A stretch of DNA of 64,000 nucleotides from Oscillospiraceae bacterium (GTDB taxonomy: Bacteria; Bacillota; Clostridia; Oscillospirales; CAG-272). The stretch spans positions 21,968-85,967 of the forward strand of contig SVTJ01000007.1 of NCBI GenBank assembly GCA_015063845.1, read 5' to 3'. This document shows, one piece after another, positions 56,406 to 64,000 of this stretch; within the stretch, counting starts at the first letter, position 1; each line of letters begins with the position of its first letter. The position numbers and the translations under genes were made by a program. Under the pieces are notes generated by a model. The model saw only the letters and a list, made by a program, of their open reading frames with translations, was not told where the DNA came from and made no database searches.

Positions 56406-56819
56406 AGGGGAAAACTTCTTGGAAGAAGTTTTCCCCACTCCTGTTGCGTTTAACGGTTCTGTCTGCGCTCGCGTAGCGAGCTTGACAATCACCGAACGCC
56501 GCCACGCCTTATCGCTCGCTTTGTCTGCCACAGGCAGCGCTCGCAAACGTCCCCCCTTTCAAGAACTTTAAAACAAATTGTTTGTTGGTGTAGCCATAAA
56601 AAACATATAACTTTTTGTTTTTCTTTAATGTAAAAACACGTCGATAATCTATTGCCCGACGTGTTTTATGGGTATTTGCGCTTTGTGCGCTGTAACAAGT
56701 TTTTTAGCCCAACTAAAAAAGTAATAAATTATTTGTGTTAAAGTTCTTTCGGGAGTTTGAGGGAGCTTTCTTTCAAGAAAGCTCCCTCAAAAAACGCGTC
56801 CCATATAAATTCTAATTTG
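56406..56819. repeat. copy D of the palindromic repeat family (mosaic, with a roughly 120-bp divergent insertion)
   Basis: Begins with the hairpin GAGGGGAAAACTTCTT-GG-AAGAAGTTTTCCCC, has the central hairpin AAAAACACGTCG...CGACGTGTTTT (56632-56667), and ends CCCATATAAATTCTAATTTGTC. Confidence 0.75.
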
Positions 56820-57261
56820 TCGCCTCTTTGTTTTCGAGGGACAAATATGATATAGTTCTCACTTCCCTATTATAGTCTGCGGCAAGCTTATTCATAGCCT
56901 TAAATATCTGAGCCCATGCAACGTAGCTCGTCCAACCGCTTATATAAGAAAGGACGTAGCAAATTATAATAAAGCTGGGCTTTACGTCAACGTCAATTCC
57001 GCGTCTGCGTCCCTCTCTTGAGAGAACGTCTGCGGTTTTGAACATCCAAAAGATACCGTATAAACCTAAAGTAACAAAGAAAAGCACAAAGAATTTCGCT
57101 ACTCCGTCCACCTTTGTGTCGCTGTCCTTACACAGCTTTTTCATATCCCTGAGCAGCGTATATATGCACCACCACTGATAGATACCCAGCGTAAGTATAC
57201 CGAGAAATATAAATTTCCATATGCTGCGCTCATCATCCATATAATCAAGCTTTCTTTTCAT
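56812..57261 (-). CDS. DUF4234-like small membrane protein
   Basis: Repeated LTLGIY / VTLGLYGIFW membrane motifs. Confidence 0.6.
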   Translation of the reverse strand: MKRKLDYMDDERSIWKFIFLGILTLGIYQWWCIYTLLRDMKKLCKDSDTKVDGVAKFFVLFFVTLGLYGIFWMFKTADVLSREGRRRGIDVDVKPSFIIICYVLSYISGWTSYVAWAQIFKAMNKLAADYNREVRTISYLSLENKEATN

Positions 57262-57264
57262 ATA

Positions 57265-57480
57265 TCAATCTCCTTTATCACTGTCAAAAAAGTCACTTAC
57301 GGAGCATCCGAGGAGCTCAGCTATTTTGGGAAGCACCGTAATGTCGGGGTACGACTTATCTGTTTCCCACTTAGACACCGCCTGCGGAGATACTCCCACA
57401 AGATCGCCAAAGCGCTCTTGTGACACGTTATTCAGTTTTCGCCATTCCCGTATCTTCGAGGAAACAGTTATCTTGCTCAT
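57265..57480 (-). CDS. XRE-family HTH transcriptional regulator (71 aa)
   Basis: IREWRKLNNVSQERFGDLVGVSPQAVSKWE. Confidence 0.85.
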   Translation of the reverse strand: MSKITVSSKIREWRKLNNVSQERFGDLVGVSPQAVSKWETDKSYPDITVLPKIAELLGCSVSDFFDSDKGD

Positions 57481-57491
57481 AAATACACCCC

Positions 57492-58064
57492 TTATATCCT
57501 ATCGCTATTCCAGCTCTTATATACGATCATATCAAGCAACAGCGACACCACGAAAAAGAACGCGCAGGACATCAAAAATCCCACTATGCCTATATGCGTT
57601 ATTTCGTAAAAGCCCGCCTGAAGGCTGTAAAACATCTCAAATTGAGTAACAATTGCCGTATCGTACGTCAGCCCCCACTTCGAGTAAAAGATCAAAAACG
57701 GTATAGAGAACACCGCATAAACCGCGGTATGTCCCAGATTTCGTCTCCATGCAAGTGAGACGGCGTCCTTCAAGGTGAATTTTTTGTCCTTGAAGCGCGC
57801 CCTGAACAGTCGCTTCTTTTCCGCATCTCTTGCGCCCACCAAAGCGGTAATTATACAGACCGCGACAGTAGCTATAATTGAAAACAATATCGTTATGGTA
57901 ATGTATGCCGTATTATCGTTATACCTTGAATCGTAGTAAGCCTGACCTATCATCGTAGTAAAAAACATAGTTCTTATAAGATAAACTATGAGTTGAATGA
58001 CTAAAAAATAGACCGCGTAGCGCATATAGTGTCGGATCTTTTCCTTGTCGACAGCTTTTTTCAT
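57492..58064 (-). CDS. DUF2975-like polytopic membrane protein, partner of the small XRE regulator
   Basis: Four or five TM helices and a conserved gene pairing with the XRE gene just downstream. Confidence 0.55.
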   Translation of the reverse strand: MKKAVDKEKIRHYMRYAVYFLVIQLIVYLIRTMFFTTMIGQAYYDSRYNDNTAYITITILFSIIATVAVCIITALVGARDAEKKRLFRARFKDKKFTLKDAVSLAWRRNLGHTAVYAVFSIPFLIFYSKWGLTYDTAIVTQFEMFYSLQAGFYEITHIGIVGFLMSCAFFFVVSLLLDMIVYKSWNSDRI

Positions 58065-58125
58065 ATAATTCTCCTCACCGTTTCAAAAAGCTCGCCTCTC
58101 CGAGAGAGGCGAGCTTTAACTTTTT

Positions 58126-59514
58126 TTACGCCTCAGTGCTTTCAGCGACGGAGCTCTCCTGCTCCTCTGCCTTCTTGCCGAGGTATGAGGGCAACTGCAT
58201 TCCTGCCATTGCGAACATCTCGTCAAGAGGGGGAACAGACTTCATCATGCCCGAGATAAAGTTTGCTGTGGATGTCTTACCGTCAGTGCTCTGACCGCCG
58301 TCCCAAACGGTTACCTTATCTATCTTGATATTCTTGATAGCGTCAACCTGGACCTTCATAAGGTCTTCAAGCTTATCGGCTATAAGCAGCTTGAGAGCCG
58401 CGTCTGCGTCTCCGCCTGCGCTCTTTACTATCTCAGCAAAACCTGCCGCCTGCTTCTTAAGTATCTCTTCAACGCCTCGCGCCTGAGCTTCCATCTTTGC
58501 ATATATAGCATCAGCTTCACCCTGCGCGCGTCTGCGCATCTGCTCTGCCTCTGCCTCTGCCTCAAGCTCGAGCTCTTTCTTCTTTGCCTCAGCGCGAACG
58601 ATTATGTCCGCTTCAAGGGTTGCCTGCTCCTTGGAGCGTCTTGCCTGCTCTGCTGCTTCCTCTGCCGCATAGGACTCCTCGAGTGCCTTTGCTGCCTGTA
58701 TCTTCTCTGCGGTGGTCGCTATCTTGCGAGCTTCCGCTTCCTTTTCCTTAAGAGCAGCGTCGGACATAGCAACCTTCATCTTTGCTTCGTTCTCACCCTG
58801 AATAGCTACGGACTCAGCCTCGGATACCTTGATCCTCTGCTCCATCTTAGCGTTTGCCTCACCGATAGAACCTTCTCTGTCCTGCTCGGCAACACTCTTC
58901 TTAGCCTCATTGATAGCCTTTGCAGCAGCTTCCTTACCGAGAGCCTCGATATATCCCGACTCGTCGCTGATATCGGTTACGTTAACGTTTATAAGGCGAA
59001 GACCTATCTTCTTAAGCTCGGTCTCAACGTTTGAGCTCACAGCCGCAAGGAACTTATCACGGTCGGTGTTGATCTCCTCGATATCCATCGTTGCGATAAC
59101 AAGACGAAGCTGACCGAAGATAATATCCTTGGAGAGCTCCTGTATCTCGGAGAGCTGAAGTCCGAGAAGACGCTCAGCCGCATTCTGCATAACACCGGGC
59201 TCCGTTGAGATACCTACGGTAAATCTCGAGGGAACGTCTATACGGATATTCTGTCTTGAAAGAGCGTTCTTCAGGTCGACCTGAATAGATATAGGAGTAA
59301 GGTCGAGGTATGAATATGACTGAAATACGGGAATAACGAATTCCGCACCACCGTGGATACACTTCGCGCTTCTGTTCGTACCGTCCTTGTTCTTACCGAT
59401 AGAACCGTATACTACCATGATCTTGTCGGAGGGACACTTTTTGTACCTTGAGCATATCCAAGCAATAAAGGATATGACTACCAAAACAACAGCACATACA
59501 AGAATAATGATCAT
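58126..59514 (-). CDS. flotillin-like SPFH/band-7 protein
   Basis: N-terminal TM segment, an SPFH domain, and a long Ala/Glu-rich coiled coil (EAEAEQMRRRAQGEADAIYAK...). Confidence 0.85.
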   Translation of the reverse strand: MIIILVCAVVLVVISFIAWICSRYKKCPSDKIMVVYGSIGKNKDGTNRSAKCIHGGAEFVIPVFQSYSYLDLTPISIQVDLKNALSRQNIRIDVPSRFTVGISTEPGVMQNAAERLLGLQLSEIQELSKDIIFGQLRLVIATMDIEEINTDRDKFLAAVSSNVETELKKIGLRLINVNVTDISDESGYIEALGKEAAAKAINEAKKSVAEQDREGSIGEANAKMEQRIKVSEAESVAIQGENEAKMKVAMSDAALKEKEAEARKIATTAEKIQAAKALEESYAAEEAAEQARRSKEQATLEADIIVRAEAKKKELELEAEAEAEQMRRRAQGEADAIYAKMEAQARGVEEILKKQAAGFAEIVKSAGGDADAALKLLIADKLEDLMKVQVDAIKNIKIDKVTVWDGGQSTDGKTSTANFISGMMKSVPPLDEMFAMAGMQLPSYLGKKAEEQESSVAESTEA

Positions 59515-59542
59515 CTTTTTTCTCCTTTTATATATAAAAATT

Positions 59543-60196
59543 TTACTTTCTCTTGACTACAAGGTCTACCTGACCGCTAACGCCGACTACGACTATCTCC
59601 GTACCCGTGGGTATCGGCTCGGTCTCGTCTGTGACAGCATTTCTTTCAACGCACGAGCCCTGGAGTATGACCTCTACCTTTCCAGAGCCGCTTCTCGCGG
59701 GTGGGATAGTGAGATACACCTTACCCGACTTTCCGATAGCGTTTCGGTTGTCGGTATTTCCGTCGCTTCTGAGCTTCATTACCGCTTTGAAAAGGAATGC
59801 AAGCGCGACCATCATAGCAAATCCGCTGACAGCAGCCACAGCAAGCGTTATAGCGAGGTGCACGTTTGCTCCGAGCATTACCACACCTACCCAGCCGAAC
59901 ACCACGAAGAACGCAACTATTCCGCGGACGGTAAATATGCGAAGCCCCTCAAGTCCGGAGGCATCGACCGTGTCGCTTATGCTGTCCTCGCCGAAAACTC
60001 CGTCAGGCACTTCATCGGGAACGTCGCTTATATCGTCTATATTGCCAACGTCGGCGTCACCGACGTCACCGTCATCTCCAAGTCCTATGAGCATCATTAC
60101 CGTTTGTATCAGCAATACAAGCGTTGCGGGGATCGCGATGCAGTAGAATATCTGCAAAATGATACCAAGGCTGTTCCACCATTCAATAAAAAACAT
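59543..60196 (-). CDS. NfeD-like membrane protein (flotillin-associated, C-terminal OB-fold)
   Basis: N-terminal TM helices, an acidic linker and a C-terminal beta-barrel region, directly upstream of the flotillin gene. Confidence 0.65.
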   Translation of the reverse strand: MFFIEWWNSLGIILQIFYCIAIPATLVLLIQTVMMLIGLGDDGDVGDADVGNIDDISDVPDEVPDGVFGEDSISDTVDASGLEGLRIFTVRGIVAFFVVFGWVGVVMLGANVHLAITLAVAAVSGFAMMVALAFLFKAVMKLRSDGNTDNRNAIGKSGKVYLTIPPARSGSGKVEVILQGSCVERNAVTDETEPIPTGTEIVVVGVSGQVDLVVKRK

Positions 60197-60225
60197 AACA
60201 TTCGTCCTTTCATATAAGTTTTGTA

Positions 60226-60780
60226 TCAGTCAAGCGTAGAGAATATCTCGTTCGCCGAGCTTTTCAGCCGTGAGGCTGTATGCGCGTAAAGCATTATTTT
60301 AAGGATTTTAACAAGCTGTCGCTTAGCGTTGGCTTCTTTCTCGGTGACCTCCTCGGTAGCCCTCAAAGCCGCCTCGGTTATTGAAGCCTCATCACTTATG
60401 TTTATGTTGCCGTCGGCTATCATATCCACGTAGAAATGATAAAGGTCATCGTCACCCTTAAGATGGTCGCTGGTATCGTCGATGACGTCTCCTATCGTCT
60501 CGACAAGCGAGCATATACGGTCGATCTGTATTGCCTCGCGGAGCATATTTATTATGACGATACGTGCAAACTGCTCTTTTGTGTAAACTCTCTTTTTTGG
60601 AGAGCTGACAAACCCTCGTTTGACCCAGTTCTGTATCATATACGGCTCAAGTCCCGTCATCACCGATACCTGAGATAGCGTTATTCCGCCCGTTGCAAAT
60701 ATTCCGTCGAACAATATTCTCGACGCTCCCTTTTGCAGATGAAGCACCTCAACAGTCGTTCCCGGAAAAGTTTTTGGCAT
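60226..60780 (-). CDS. hypothetical protein (DUF1836-like), first gene of the flotillin cluster
   Basis: No catalytic motifs; call based on conserved neighbourhood only. Confidence 0.45.
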   Translation of the reverse strand: MPKTFPGTTVEVLHLQKGASRILFDGIFATGGITLSQVSVMTGLEPYMIQNWVKRGFVSSPKKRVYTKEQFARIVIINMLREAIQIDRICSLVETIGDVIDDTSDHLKGDDDLYHFYVDMIADGNINISDEASITEAALRATEEVTEKEANAKRQLVKILKIMLYAHTASRLKSSANEIFSTLD

Positions 60781-60912
60781 CTTGTCACCTCCATTTCTTC
60801 TTACTGTAATTTGATTATATCACACGGTCACGTGATTGTCAAGAGCAATCGTATAATTTTTTCTTGTTTCTCCGTCTTACACAATTTTCAAAAAATATAT
60901 TTATTCAAATAC

Positions 60913-60996
60913 GACAAATTAGGATTTACCCGCGTGTTCGCACAGTACTCAGTTTTAAAGTTTTGATAAAACTTTTAAGAGGGGGAATGTGCGAAC
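60913..60996. repeat. copy E of the repeat family (short: one terminus plus the GTGTTCGCACAG...CTGTGCGAACA hairpin)
   Basis: GACAAATTAGGATTTACCCGCGTGTTCGCACAG...AATGTGCGAACAT. Confidence 0.65.
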
Positions 60997-61010
60997 ATAC
61001 ATGTAAAATC

Positions 61011-61042
61011 AAAAAAACAAGGGACTGTCAAAAGGCAGTCCC
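61011..61042 (-). terminator. terminator of the glycerate kinase gene
   Basis: GGGACTGTC-AAAAG-GCAGTCCC with a T-run on the minus strand. Confidence 0.7.
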
Positions 61043-61054
61043 TTGGAAAGTTTT

Positions 61055-62173
61055 TTATTTACACCATTCTCTCATCGCGGTCTCTGCGGCACGCTCGAGA
61101 TTTTTCGCGGCGTTCTTTATTGCCTCGTCTATCGGCACGCCGTCCGTTACGGTAGCGTATGCGGCAACGATGCCGTTATCAAAAAGCGCGGAAATATCTC
61201 CCTTTATCGCTCCGCTGATAAGTACACAGGGTATTCCCTGCGATCTCGCAGCATTTGCTACACCGCTCGGGAGCTTGCCGAATGCCGTCTGATAGTCACT
61301 TCTGCCCTCTCCTGTTATCACGAGGTCAGCGCCCTTTATGCGCTCCGAGAGAGCTACCGTCTCGGAAATAATGTCAAAACCGCGTCTGAGGCTTGCGCCG
61401 CAAAAGGCGTACAGCCCCGCGCCAAGTCCGCCCGCAGCTCCACCGCCGCTTATCTCTCTCACATCAACGCCGAGGCACTCGTATATCTTACTTGCAAAAT
61501 GCGAAAGGTTTTCGTCGAGGAGCTTGACAGTCTCTTTGTCCGCTCCCTTTTGAGGACCGAACACGTAAGACGCGCCGCTCTCTCCGCAAAGCGGATTTGT
61601 AACGTCGCAAGCCACCAAAAACTCGGTCTTTTTTATCTCGACCGGCATTTCCGACACGTCTATGGTCTCGACACGCCAAAGCTCTCCGCCAGAGGGACTC
61701 ACTATCGTACCGTTCTTATCCAAGAACCTTGCGCCAAGAGCCGCCGCCATACCTGCGCCGCCGTCGTTAGTTGCGCTTCCGCCAATGCCAAGTATTATTC
61801 TTTTACAGCCACGCCCAATAGCATCGAGTATAAGCTCGCCCGTGCCGTACGTTGACGTAGCCTTTGGGTCAAGTCTATCCTTTGAAACAAGCGTTATTCC
61901 CGATGCCGCCGACATCTCTATCACGGCAAGCTCGCCGGCGATGCAGTAAGTTGCCTCAACATCGTCAAAAAGAGGTCCTTTGACTGTAACCGTCACAAGA
62001 GAGCCGCCAAGCGTCGCCGCAAGAGCCTCGACCGTTCCCTCTCCGCCGTCCGCCATGGGTATCTTTACAGTCTCGCAATCGAGCACTCGTCTTATTCCTT
62101 TTTCTATGCAGTCCGCCGCCTCACTTGCCGAAAGGCTTCCCTTAAAGGAGTCGGGCGCAATTACTATTTTCAT
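61055..62173 (-). CDS. glycerate kinase
   Basis: MKIVIAPDSFKGSLSA N-terminus and GarK/GlxK family blocks, 372 aa. Confidence 0.9.
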   Translation of the reverse strand: MKIVIAPDSFKGSLSASEAADCIEKGIRRVLDCETVKIPMADGGEGTVEALAATLGGSLVTVTVKGPLFDDVEATYCIAGELAVIEMSAASGITLVSKDRLDPKATSTYGTGELILDAIGRGCKRIILGIGGSATNDGGAGMAAALGARFLDKNGTIVSPSGGELWRVETIDVSEMPVEIKKTEFLVACDVTNPLCGESGASYVFGPQKGADKETVKLLDENLSHFASKIYECLGVDVREISGGGAAGGLGAGLYAFCGASLRRGFDIISETVALSERIKGADLVITGEGRSDYQTAFGKLPSGVANAARSQGIPCVLISGAIKGDISALFDNGIVAAYATVTDGVPIDEAIKNAAKNLERAAETAMREWCK

Positions 62174-62329
62174 AGCACTACCTCTTTTTTATTACTGTGA
62201 TAATGATATCACAAAGTCGCCGCTTTGTCAACGCGATATGCATTATCCGCTCTTTTTTTATTCCCGTCTTGAAATAGATAAAAAAATGTGCTATAATTGT
62301 GATATCACATCAAAAGGAGCTAGGGTAAC

Positions 62330-63010
62330 GTGATTTTCAAGAAAAAAGGAATAAAAATTGCGGCTGTATGTTTAGCCTCTTTGGTGTTGGTCGCTTTTCT
62401 CGGAGTAATTGCGCTCGATCTGGTGGTCACGCTCTCGTCAAAGCCTGATATATCCGCTATCGGTGACGTTGACTCCTCGGAATACGATTGCATTCTCGTG
62501 CTTGGCGCTGGAGTAAAGGCTGACGGCAAGCCGTCGGACATGCTTGAGGACAGGCTTCTCACCGCAATTGAGCTTTATAAAAAAGCAGACGTTGCGCCCA
62601 AGCTTCTTATGAGCGGAGACCACGGCAGAGTCGACTACGACGAGGTAAACACTATGAAGAGCTTTGCCATTTCACAAGGAGTTCCGTCAGAGGATATATT
62701 TATGGATCACGCAGGCTTTTCAACGTATGAGAGCATTTACCGAGCTAAGGAGATCTTTGGAGCAGAGCGTATTGTAGTAGTAACACAGGAATATCACCTT
62801 TACCGTGCTCTTTACGTTGCTCAGAGATTTGATATTGAAGCGGTCGGTGTCAGCGCCGATATAAGAGAATACCGTGGAGAATATATCCGAGGAGCGCGAG
62901 AGATACTTGCGAGAGGCAAGGACTTTCTTATGTGCGTATTCAAGCCCAAGCCAACGTATCTTGGAGATGCGATATCTCTTGAGGGTGATGGTAATATAAC
63001 AAACGGATAA
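62330..63010 (+). CDS. SanA/YdcF (DUF218) family membrane-anchored protein
   Basis: N-terminal TM segment and a DUF218 core (DCILVLGAGV...LLMSGDHGR). GTG start, 9 nt after an AAGGAG RBS. Confidence 0.75.
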   Translation: MIFKKKGIKIAAVCLASLVLVAFLGVIALDLVVTLSSKPDISAIGDVDSSEYDCILVLGAGVKADGKPSDMLEDRLLTAIELYKKADVAPKLLMSGDHGRVDYDEVNTMKSFAISQGVPSEDIFMDHAGFSTYESIYRAKEIFGAERIVVVTQEYHLYRALYVAQRFDIEAVGVSADIREYRGEYIRGAREILARGKDFLMCVFKPKPTYLGDAISLEGDGNITNG

Positions 63011-63034
63011 ACTGAAAGGACAAAATACAAAGCC

Positions 63035-63748
63035 ATGAAGATACTTATTACAGGCGGAAGCCGAGGAATAGGAAAAGCTATCGTAGAGCTTTTTGCAAAA
63101 GAGGGACACGACGTTGTCTTTCTCTACCGTTCAAGCGACAAGGCGGCAGAGGAGCTTTGCTGCGCTACGGGAGCTCGTGCCGTAAGGTGCGATGTATCAA
63201 TTTCAGCTGACACAACAAAAGCAGTCAAAGCAACAATAGATATGCTTGGTGGCATCGACGTGCTAATAAACAATGCTGGTATCTCGTCGTTTGGCTTCTT
63301 TGACACAATTACCGATGACGAGTGGAGAAAAATGATAGACACAAATCTCTCTGGCGCGTTTTACGTAACGAGAGAGGTGGCAAAGGTGATGATCGCGCAA
63401 AAGAGCGGACGGATAATAAACGTAGGCTCTATGTGGGGCAAGGTCGGCGCCGCGTGCGAGGTACACTACTCCGCTTCCAAGGCAGGACTTCGAGGAATGA
63501 CGCGCGCTCTTGCCAAGGAGCTTGGTCCTTGCGGCATAACCGTAAACTGCATTGAACCCGGTGTTATAGACACCGAAATGAACGCGCATCTCTCGGATGA
63601 GGACGTATCGGCGCTTTGCGACGACACTCCGCTTGGACGCATCGGCAGTCCTGAAGAGGTCGCGCATCTTGCGTATTTCCTCTCATCCGACAAAGCGAGC
63701 TTTATCACAGGGCAGACAATAGGCATTGACGGCGGATTTGCCATATAA
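63035..63748 (+). CDS. SDR-family oxidoreductase (FabG-like 3-oxoacyl-ACP reductase)
   Basis: TGGSRGIG cofactor motif, NNAG, and catalytic YSASK. Confidence 0.85.
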   Translation: MKILITGGSRGIGKAIVELFAKEGHDVVFLYRSSDKAAEELCCATGARAVRCDVSISADTTKAVKATIDMLGGIDVLINNAGISSFGFFDTITDDEWRKMIDTNLSGAFYVTREVAKVMIAQKSGRIINVGSMWGKVGAACEVHYSASKAGLRGMTRALAKELGPCGITVNCIEPGVIDTEMNAHLSDEDVSALCDDTPLGRIGSPEEVAHLAYFLSSDKASFITGQTIGIDGGFAI

Positions 63749-63754
63749 TACAAA

Positions 63755-63786
63755 AAGCGGGCGAAATGTTTTCGCCCTTTTTTTGT
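63755..63786 (+). terminator. intrinsic terminator of the SDR gene
   Basis: GCGGGCGAAA-TGTT-TTCGCCC followed by TTTTTTTG. Confidence 0.8.
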
Positions 63787-63788
63787 TT

Positions 63789-64000
63789 GTCAAATTAGGA
63801 TTTGTCGGTGGGTTCGCACAGGCTTGCCGACGCTTGCGAGTGTCCCCCCTCTAAGAACTTTAACACAAAGAAATTTTAATTGGGCTGAAAAACTCATTGT
63901 AGTGCAGAACGTTCAAATACCCATAAAACTCGTCGGTACGTAGGGTCCGACGAGTTTTTACCTCAGAGAAAAACAATAAAGTTATATATTTCCTATGGCT
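63789..64000. repeat. copy F of the palindromic repeat family (nearly identical to copy B; truncated by the window end)
   Basis: GTCAAATTAGGATTTGTCGGTGGGTTCGCACAGGCTTGCCGACGCTTGCGAG, the central hairpin AAAACTCGTCGGTACGTAGGGTCCGACGAGTTTTT, and the start of the inverted X arm. Confidence 0.85.

Overview
This 64-kb window (about 50% GC) looks like chromosome from an endospore-forming Firmicute, probably a Clostridia/Oscillospiraceae-like anaerobe. Sporulation genes: spoIIGA-sigE, the complete eight-gene spoIIIAA-AH operon with a sigma-E-like promoter, and a spoIIG-type promoter with a 21-nt spacer. Housekeeping genes: glmM, wecB, a type-2 ileS behind a T-box-like leader, rpsF-ssb-rpsR, hpf, an ogg-like glycosylase and a VanY-type carboxypeptidase. 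Transport genes: feoA-feoB plus a Cys-rich partner, an AGCS symporter behind a single-aptamer glycine riboswitch, a Ca-type P-type ATPase, an ABC/GldG-like pair, a DctM-like permease and a YeiH-family exporter. Regulators: MerR, AraC, LysR, XRE and a WYL-domain regulator. Also present are a flotillin/NfeD pair, a 1170-aa GLUG/Listeria-Bacteroides-repeat surface lipoprotein, and tRNA-Arg(ACG), tRNA-Gln(UUG) and tRNA-Leu(CAG). I found no CRISPR array, transposase, integrase or phage genes. The main signal the genes do not explain is a family of 160-340 bp, strongly palindromic intergenic elements with at least seven copies. They share a 17-bp terminal motif AAATTAGGATTTRTCGG, a conserved 13-bp-stem hairpin and a central bidirectional terminator hairpin. 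Two full copies in inverted orientation bracket ileS, and a cargo-less copy of the termini carrying TGTCGA (Spo0A-box-like) motifs lies upstream of the spoIIG promoter. Other unexplained structure: repeated fragments of tRNA-Gln and tRNA-Leu next to the tRNA genes, three copies of a GTTAGC-N4-GCTAAC operator-like palindrome in the feo locus, and a 36-bp perfect palindrome/terminator in the hpf leader. A P-loop ATPase is translationally coupled to spoIIIAH, and the surface-protein gene contains a near-identical 393-bp tandem duplication. All calls come from reading the sequence; no database searches were run.
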